In this document: one piece after another, positions 28,567 through 35,522 of the stretch
How positions within the stretch are numbered: the first letter of the stretch is position 1
Layout of the letters: each line of letters starts with the position of its first letter
Source: Trichomonas gallinae
Taxonomy: Eukaryota
Length of the DNA: 35,522 nt
Assembly (NCBI GenBank): GCA_008369845.1
Contig: MRSU01008318.1
Location: 1 to 35,522, forward strand
Reading direction: 5' to 3'
Made by a program: the position numbers and the translations under genes
The notes under the pieces: model-generated
Seen by the model: only the letters and a program-made list of their open reading frames with translations
The model's database searches: none
What the model was told of the DNA's origin: nothing

Positions 28567-30714
28567 ATGGATGCTTTTGTTGTTGATGAGTTGAAAGAAA
28601 TTGCTTTATTCGAGACTATGCTAAATGATATCACCTTAGATGACTATATGAACATTATTACTTTTATCAATAACAAAAAGTCGGAAGGAAAAGGCATAAT
28701 CAAACAATATCTTTCAATTATCAATTTTTATTGCAAAATAAGATACTATCAAACTCCTATCTACACATTAGCATTAAAATCACTTCAAGAAGATAAATTA
28801 TTACACGATTTAATTCCAGATTATATTATGGGAAAGCCAATAATCTTATTGTATAAGCAAGGATTATACACATTACAAGAAATACAAAACAAAAACGAAA
28901 TTACTGATAAATGTCTCGAATTATTAGCAAAAATTCAATCAGAAAATGAAATAAATTATTTTTTAGAAAACGGCTATGAAAAAGGCTCCTTACAAGATAT
29001 AATAATCAGAGATGACATAGATGAATTTATGAAAGATTCTTTCTCTAGCTATATTGAAACTAATCCCATGGGAGTATATATATCAAGAAAAACAGAAATT
29101 ACAGCATTTGCTTATTTATACAATTCGACAAAAATCATTGACTACATTCTTGACAATGATAAAAACAGAATTCAAACTACTGATGTGCAAGCGGTGAATT
29201 CACTTATTTATACTGATAACTTTGAAGGTCTCAAGAACTATCTTGAAGAGTTTCAAACCGATAAAGATCTAAATCTAAAATTTGCAGCAACTGCTTATAG
29301 AAGGTTTTCGATATTGAAATGGATGATAGAAACCAAAAAAGGCATCCAAGAGCAATTTAACGATGCTATAGAATGTGTCAATCCGTGGAGAATCTCATAT
29401 TTCACTCAGTATCCTGGCTGCGGCTATCATGTTTCTGCCGAATCATTGATGAGAGCTGTTCAAAGAAATAGCATCGAAATTGTAAAATATTTATTTAAGA
29501 TTGGATGCTCTAATTATTCTAGAATGAAACTATATGAAAGCGCAGAAGATATCAATAACATAATATTGGCAGCAATCTATCAGAAAAATATTGACATGAT
29601 GAATGTTTTAATGGAGAACGGTTTTGTTTTTACTAACTATATTCATTCTATCGCAGAAACAGGAGAGATGGAAATAATAAAGCAATTTATCCCAGAGCCA
29701 ATGAAATACAAGGACTATCAGAAAGACTTTTTGACTTTGCTGTTTTACGCAATCAAATCATTAAATCTCGAAGCAGTAAAATATTTTGTCGAAAACGGTT
29801 ATGACATAAATCAGTTTGCTTACGAAAAGAACTGTTTAATTTCTGCTCTTTCTTACTCCGTTAAATGCGAAAGCTTAGAAATTGTACAGTACTTAGTCTC
29901 AAAAGGCGCAATAATTGACCATCCAAATAATAACGGCGTGCATCCTTTAGTTGTTTCTATTTTAATATCTCAAAAAGAAATATTTGATTTTTTACTGGAA
30001 AACAAAATTGATGCCAATTATTGCCACAACGCGATGACAGAAATCAGAGATAAAGCAAAGAAAGATTTAGTGATACCTCCGGAATACTTTGATCCTATAA
30101 GTGCAGCAGTACAAAATAAAGATAAATATTATTTAGAAAAACTTCTTGAGTATGGATTTACAATTAAAACACTCCCAGTCTACAAAGATTTCATTGAGAG
30201 CATTGCAATAAACACGAAAAACAAAGATGTAATAGATTTAGTTCTCGCAAACATTGACGTACAAAGACTCAAAATAACAAATCCATGCTTATACTTTTAT
30301 TTAGTATCTCATGATCTTGACGATTATCCTGACACTAGATTTGTAATAAATGGTGTTGACCTCAGCGAAGCAATTACTCAGTTTTTCGAACCTAATGTTG
30401 TTTCTCAAGCGAAGATGGCATATTTTGTCAATCTTGTTAAGCTGATTATATTAACAGACACAGTAGTATACATTGGACCTTTTGGTGGACATTTTAATCA
30501 TGGCCCAGATGATGAACTTCACACTCTTATCACTCCGGAACAGATTCAAGCATTAATTTCATTTTATGATATTATTCCTAAAAAATCAATCACTTCCATC
30601 GAACAGTCATTTGATGAAATTAGATTCGATTCAGTTGGTCCAGTTCATACAGATCTTTTACTGGTTTCATCTACCAAATATAGAGATTATATATATTCAT
30701 TGTTAATGAAATAA
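28567..30714 (+). CDS. Ankyrin-repeat protein with DUF3447-like N-terminal region
   Basis: IIIRDDIDEF, AYLYNSTKIIDYIL; repeats LLFYAIKSLNLEAVKYFVENGYDIN, ALSYSVKCESLEIVQYLVSKGAIID, GVHPLVVSI..IFDFLLENKIDAN. Confidence 0.88.
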   Translation: MDAFVVDELKEIALFETMLNDITLDDYMNIITFINNKKSEGKGIIKQYLSIINFYCKIRYYQTPIYTLALKSLQEDKLLHDLIPDYIMGKPIILLYKQGLYTLQEIQNKNEITDKCLELLAKIQSENEINYFLENGYEKGSLQDIIIRDDIDEFMKDSFSSYIETNPMGVYISRKTEITAFAYLYNSTKIIDYILDNDKNRIQTTDVQAVNSLIYTDNFEGLKNYLEEFQTDKDLNLKFAATAYRRFSILKWMIETKKGIQEQFNDAIECVNPWRISYFTQYPGCGYHVSAESLMRAVQRNSIEIVKYLFKIGCSNYSRMKLYESAEDINNIILAAIYQKNIDMMNVLMENGFVFTNYIHSIAETGEMEIIKQFIPEPMKYKDYQKDFLTLLFYAIKSLNLEAVKYFVENGYDINQFAYEKNCLISALSYSVKCESLEIVQYLVSKGAIIDHPNNNGVHPLVVSILISQKEIFDFLLENKIDANYCHNAMTEIRDKAKKDLVIPPEYFDPISAAVQNKDKYYLEKLLEYGFTIKTLPVYKDFIESIAINTKNKDVIDLVLANIDVQRLKITNPCLYFYLVSHDLDDYPDTRFVINGVDLSEAITQFFEPNVVSQAKMAYFVNLVKLIILTDTVVYIGPFGGHFNHGPDDELHTLITPEQIQALISFYDIIPKKSITSIEQSFDEIRFDSVGPVHTDLLLVSSTKYRDYIYSLLMK

Positions 30715-32063
30715 TTTTGTTATAAAATTTTATTGATTTTCCTGACATTTTACCTTATTTTTAAATTTACAAGTCGGATGTCAAAAATGACATCTCAGTT
30801 CAAAATGGGTTAATTTTCCTATTTTTTGGATTTGTGACCGAAAGAGTAGATTATTCCAAACGGAAATGCTTCTTCTTCTGATGCATACGATGCTATATGC
30901 TGTTCTTACCATAGCAACAGCCCAGTTTTATCATTGTCTGAATTAAAAATGTCCAATTTAATTGCTATCGATTCTTATTACTATTGCCCAATAAATGTGA
31001 CTCGTTTAGTATGTATATTTTTACTGTTTTAAAAAAGACTTTATTTATATATTTTAATATTTTTTCATATGTTCTACATGCGGTTCTATCGACTTGAAAA
31101 CCTTCTGTTTTCCACCAACGCATATCCTTTATGATTGTTAAAAACACTATATCTATTCATAATTTCTAGATTATAATCCAAACAACTAAAGTAGCGTCAT
31201 TTCTTTTTAATATTGACACATATTTTTGAATTATATGAGAATAGGATGCACAATGAAGATTGCCGAGTGGATTTTCAGGATGATCAAATTAACAAATTAT
31301 CTAAGGATGGCAAAGGTTTTCGATTGTATTGTTTTTAAGGATATATATGTAATCAATATATCTTTTCCGAATTCCCCATCAGCAGAGTAACGATTTTTTT
31401 TTTAATTTTTCTTTGAGTTATCATTATGTTTCTATTTCATACTGTTTTTATCATATTTGCACCATGTATTGCTGCCTATAACATCAAAATTTCAAAAATC
31501 AGATTATTCGCAAAAAACTATTACCAAATGACACATACATATAATGCTGCATTTCGATCCGAGTAATTAATAATTGCGTGAAAATATTTCAGAAGCGTTT
31601 CCCATGAAAAATCGATAGTTTTTTTTTGAGATTTTGGGTTTAATTTGCCAGGCACAATTACACTACGTTCATCATACTACACCATTATTAGCAATGTTAG
31701 GTAGAAAAAAATGGCAAAGTTAAGTTTACATTATCTGGCAAAATTTATAAAAAACGCGAAAATACTGCATAGTAGCATGTATAGATTAATGCATGAACTT
31801 TAACAACTTTTTCTTCTCAATTTTACTTATGGTTCATATTACATCAGACAAATTTTGTGCATCTATTTAATACTAAAAATATCCGAATTCAAAAATTATA
31901 TATCGTTTTATCGATAATATCAAGCATAGCACCACAAGACAGCCACTTATCGTGGACTGAGATTTTTTTAAATTGAGAGTTTGATTGTAAATTGTGAGAC
32001 CATTCAAATGAAAGAATTCAAAATTTACAATATTTTCAGAGGCCAATACAAATTAAATTATTC

Positions 32064-35000
32064 ATGTTACTGTGGCTTGTTTATCTGTCTTTCAGTGCAG
32101 CCCATGTTAAATACGCACAATCAACTGATGACTTTTCTGCTTTCGACTTAATCTACGTCGACAATGATAACAAAGAGCATTCTTTGACAAATGGAAAGGG
32201 ATATTATATCGCTGTCCGCCCATATAAGGATGGAAAACCAGGCGATATCACTCTTGTTAAACATAACCAAGCAACTACAATTGAAGGAGTATTAACAATT
32301 GCCCCAATTTCAGCACAATCTGTTGAAAATGAAGCCAACCAGAAAATTGAAATTGAAGTTACAAACTTAAATAAAGCCAATCAGTTGCAATACGATCTTG
32401 GCGTATTTTGTGATATCAACATTGATTCTAATACAAATGCCATTTTGAAAAAAGTCTTAAGTGGCAATGGTGTTAAGTCAAGCGATGCCACACCAATTAT
32501 CCATCTTCTCAAGGGCACGTATTATCCAAATGTTGACGCAATAAACCTTGGTGCCTTTACTGATAGCAGCAAGAAAGATCCACTTTACTATCCATACTTT
32601 GAGAACAACAACAGAGATGCCACAGATGCAAAAGAAGATTCAGTCTTAAGTTTCTCCTGGCAGAAGAGAAAATTGAATGGTTCTGCATCTGAGAAGTTAG
32701 GATTTTATGCAATTATCGGTGACCAGACCAATTTACGTCCATTCGTCCATGATCTCACCGTTAAAAAGACAGGCTTACCACTTAAGTCTGAGCTTAAATT
32801 TGAAGTTTTTGAGTATGATCCTCAGAATGTTACACTCACAGTCACAATTGACGATTACACATTCACTGGCACATTTGAAAGTGATGGCAAGAACAAGGTT
32901 TCACATGTCTTCACAATCCCATTCGAATTTGGTTCTAAAAGTATCTTACATTTCCGCGCTCAAGCTACAGATTCAGATCACTATCTTTCCGATCCTGTTG
33001 AAGGCAACCTCCTTTCTGAAGGCGCAGCACCACCAACATTAACAGTGTTTTTAGACCCACCGGAAAGAGTCAGCCTCGGACAAATTTTTGATATTTATGT
33101 TGGAGTCGATGATGAATATTTTGTTAGTCTTAAGTGCCAATATGACAATAGTGAGATATACACACTCGTTGAAAGATTTGTTACAAGAGAAACTGGCGTA
33201 CAATATAAACAAATTTACCTTCAGCTTCCAGAAGGACTTGAAATTGGAAGAACATACACTTTCAAGTTATGGGTTGAAGATGAATATGGCCAGAAATCCA
33301 ACATATATACAAGACAAATGACAATTAACGTCCCATATTCCCCAACCATTATTTCGGCCTACCTCTCTGACGAAAAGATTGTGAAGGGAACAGGAGACCA
33401 AATAGTCATTTATGGTGAAGCTGTTCATCCAACAAAGGGATCCAACCTTGTCATCGGCATCACAAGTGATCTTGATGCCGAATTTAAGAAGTTTGACCCA
33501 ATCACAGCTACAGGCACAACTCAGACGTTTGCATATTTCTTTAACGTTCCAGACACACTCGCACCAGGACATTATACAATATATATTTACCCGACAGACA
33601 ATGGCGTACAAGACGATTCAAATTATGTCTTTTTGACGTTTATTGTCTACGATCCAAAATCTAAACCATCTGTTGATGATTATGGAAAGATTGTTGATGT
33701 CACCCAGAAAACCCTTAATCGCTGGAGCAAGTCCTTGTTCAACCTTCGCTGGGAGAAAGATTACAAAGAGCACAAGATGACATACAATGATGAAGGTTTC
33801 TTCGCAGCATTCAGAGTTTATGATGATGCAAGGCCACAGTCAACGAACCTCATCACATTCAACGAAGGAAAACAAATGATCGAAAAGGATAATTTCACAA
33901 TTACGTTCTCTACAAAACAAGATGAAGACAGCAATAACAGATTTGTTCAGTTCAAAGTTATCAACAAGAACTTCTTCTCCAAGAAGATCGATCTTGGTGT
34001 CTTCGCAGACTCATTCTTCTCAACAGATGACAATGCTTCAGTTACACCAAGACCAGATGGCAGAGGTTTCTCTGTTTATAACAGCCTCGAAGATATCAGC
34101 TATACAATCTTCACAAAGGACTATTATCCATTCCCAGATGTCAAGACAACATTCATCGGAAAGGCTACTAGAGAAAGCAATGGTCAAATCCTTGAATCAA
34201 ATATGCCATTCTTCGCAAATTACAACAATCCTGCTAAGGGAATTAACACAGCATATGCATTCTCATGGAGTGCGGAAATCGAACCAAACGTTGAGACACT
34301 TTTCGGTTTCGTAGTTGCTGGACATAACAACACAAGAACACCAGCACGACTCACTGATCTCACATCTACAGTAACACCATCCTATGTTAAACCAGATACA
34401 GAAATCACCATCAGCTGGTCCATCAGAGATGCTGATATTGGCGACATTTTAGTTTATGAACTTCGCCTCTACAACCACGAAGGCATCATTGATCGTAAGA
34501 ATGACGATGTTATAGTTAATTCTGATCAAGCTCAAAGATTCTCCCATACAATGAACATTGGCAAGAATCCATTTATCACATATAAGATCAAATGCCAGGA
34601 TAAAGACGGTGATGTCTTTTTCCCATCGAACGTTATTCTAGGTCAAATTTCTGCTACAAAGCAACCGTTTGTACATTTTGACGACCTTAGAAAGAGCTAC
34701 CATACCAAGGAGAACATTACAGTTACTGGTATAATTGATGATGACAATAGTGTCACACTCATGTATAAGTTCTTCAATGGTACACATTACAGTACTACAT
34801 TCACTGGCCCAACTATCAAGCATGATGCAAATGCTACCACAACATTCAAGTTTGACATCCAAATTCCATCAGCTATACAACCAAGAAAGGAGAATTGGAA
34901 GATTGTCATTTGGGGCGAAGATGAATATTATATCAAATCAGATGAATCTTCATACGAATTCCGCCTTAATCCATACAACCCACCAGAGATTGTCAAGGCA

Positions 35001-35297
35001 GGCCTTAGCAAGAAGACAGCCCAGGCTGGAGAGAAGCTCATCGCCTTCGCATCAGTTAGCGATAAAGAAGATGCTGAACTTAGCATCTATGTCAGAATTG
35101 GAGATCAGCCATATAAAGAAATGCCACAACGCAAGTATATGAACAATGTTCAGCCAGGAAAGTCGACACCAGTTGGCTTCTACTGGTCTGTTCCATCAGA
35201 TCTCGCAGCTGGAAATTATCAGGTATACTTCCAAGTTCGCGATTCTGATGGCTTAACTTCTGCAGAGATTTCTAAATCTCTCACTGTCACGAACTAA
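32064..35297 (+). CDS. Large secreted/surface beta-sandwich repeat protein (Bap-like), two ~520-aa modules
   Basis: Signal peptide MLLWLVYLSFSAA; duplicated motifs DLGVFCD/DLGVFAD, SFSW/AFSW, WVEDEY/WGEDEY, VPDTLAPGHY/VPSDLAAGNY; no C-terminal TM. Confidence 0.85.
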   Translation: MLLWLVYLSFSAAHVKYAQSTDDFSAFDLIYVDNDNKEHSLTNGKGYYIAVRPYKDGKPGDITLVKHNQATTIEGVLTIAPISAQSVENEANQKIEIEVTNLNKANQLQYDLGVFCDINIDSNTNAILKKVLSGNGVKSSDATPIIHLLKGTYYPNVDAINLGAFTDSSKKDPLYYPYFENNNRDATDAKEDSVLSFSWQKRKLNGSASEKLGFYAIIGDQTNLRPFVHDLTVKKTGLPLKSELKFEVFEYDPQNVTLTVTIDDYTFTGTFESDGKNKVSHVFTIPFEFGSKSILHFRAQATDSDHYLSDPVEGNLLSEGAAPPTLTVFLDPPERVSLGQIFDIYVGVDDEYFVSLKCQYDNSEIYTLVERFVTRETGVQYKQIYLQLPEGLEIGRTYTFKLWVEDEYGQKSNIYTRQMTINVPYSPTIISAYLSDEKIVKGTGDQIVIYGEAVHPTKGSNLVIGITSDLDAEFKKFDPITATGTTQTFAYFFNVPDTLAPGHYTIYIYPTDNGVQDDSNYVFLTFIVYDPKSKPSVDDYGKIVDVTQKTLNRWSKSLFNLRWEKDYKEHKMTYNDEGFFAAFRVYDDARPQSTNLITFNEGKQMIEKDNFTITFSTKQDEDSNNRFVQFKVINKNFFSKKIDLGVFADSFFSTDDNASVTPRPDGRGFSVYNSLEDISYTIFTKDYYPFPDVKTTFIGKATRESNGQILESNMPFFANYNNPAKGINTAYAFSWSAEIEPNVETLFGFVVAGHNNTRTPARLTDLTSTVTPSYVKPDTEITISWSIRDADIGDILVYELRLYNHEGIIDRKNDDVIVNSDQAQRFSHTMNIGKNPFITYKIKCQDKDGDVFFPSNVILGQISATKQPFVHFDDLRKSYHTKENITVTGIIDDDNSVTLMYKFFNGTHYSTTFTGPTIKHDANATTTFKFDIQIPSAIQPRKENWKIVIWGEDEYYIKSDESSYEFRLNPYNPPEIVKAGLSKKTAQAGEKLIAFASVSDKEDAELSIYVRIGDQPYKEMPQRKYMNNVQPGKSTPVGFYWSVPSDLAAGNYQVYFQVRDSDGLTSAEISKSLTVTN

Positions 35298-35350
35298 TCG
35301 GAGAAAAATTTAATTCTTAACCATTACTAAATAATTTAAATCTTTTGATA

Positions 35351-35522
35351 TATAGTCGCGGGATAAATAGGCAAACGCGGGAAAAATAGGCAAACGCTAT
35401 TTTGAAATGATTTTATTTTAGATTATGTAGGATCTATATAATATTCTAATGCTATATACACCAAAATATTTTTTCCCATTCAAAATGGAGCAAACGCGTA
35501 AAATCAACACACGTTTAAAAAT
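35351..35522. mobile_element. Probable terminus (TIR) of a Tc1/mariner-pogo-type DNA transposon or MITE, cut by the window edge
   Basis: TATAGT then two 19-bp direct repeats, CGCGGGATAAATAGGCAAA (35357-35375) and CGCGGGAAAAATAGGCAAA (35376-35394); partial GCAAACGCG at 35490-35498; CpG-rich within AT-rich DNA. The other end is not visible. Confidence 0.5.

Noticed and set aside
30777..30794. Hairpin GATGTCA-AAAA-TGACATC (and palindrome AAAAATCGATTTTT at 19023-19036)
   Set aside because: Short isolated palindromes are expected by chance; intrinsic terminators do not apply to this genome.
31247..31339. Short ORF MHNEDCRVDFQDDQINKLSKDGKGFRLYCF resembling DDNASVTPRPDGRGFSVY of the Bap-like protein
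   Set aside because: Too few identities to distinguish from chance without a search.

Overview
AT-rich, gene-dense, apparently intronless eukaryotic DNA using the standard code. Gene families (R2R3 Myb, DUF3447/ankyrin, BspA-like relic, Bap-like and beta-helix surface proteins, Cys-rich F5/8C-like proteins) and TCA(T/C)TTT initiator motifs just before some ATGs point to a trichomonad, probably Trichomonas vaginalis or a close relative (inference). The window holds 17 intact CDSs plus one truncated at the left edge. They include a PH-AGC kinase, a VPS9 protein, a DEDDy exonuclease with five C2H2 fingers, TEX264-like, GT47, RalGAP-like, CFAP410, Myb and SH3 proteins. It also holds several decayed gene relics and a probable DNA-transposon end at the right edge. 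The most notable unexplained signal is a ~14-bp element, TTTTG(A/T)C(A/G)NGTAAA. It occurs in clusters near many start codons, with ~20 or ~30-32 bp spacing, and almost always on the + strand whatever the gene orientation. All calls are by eye from motifs; no searches were run.
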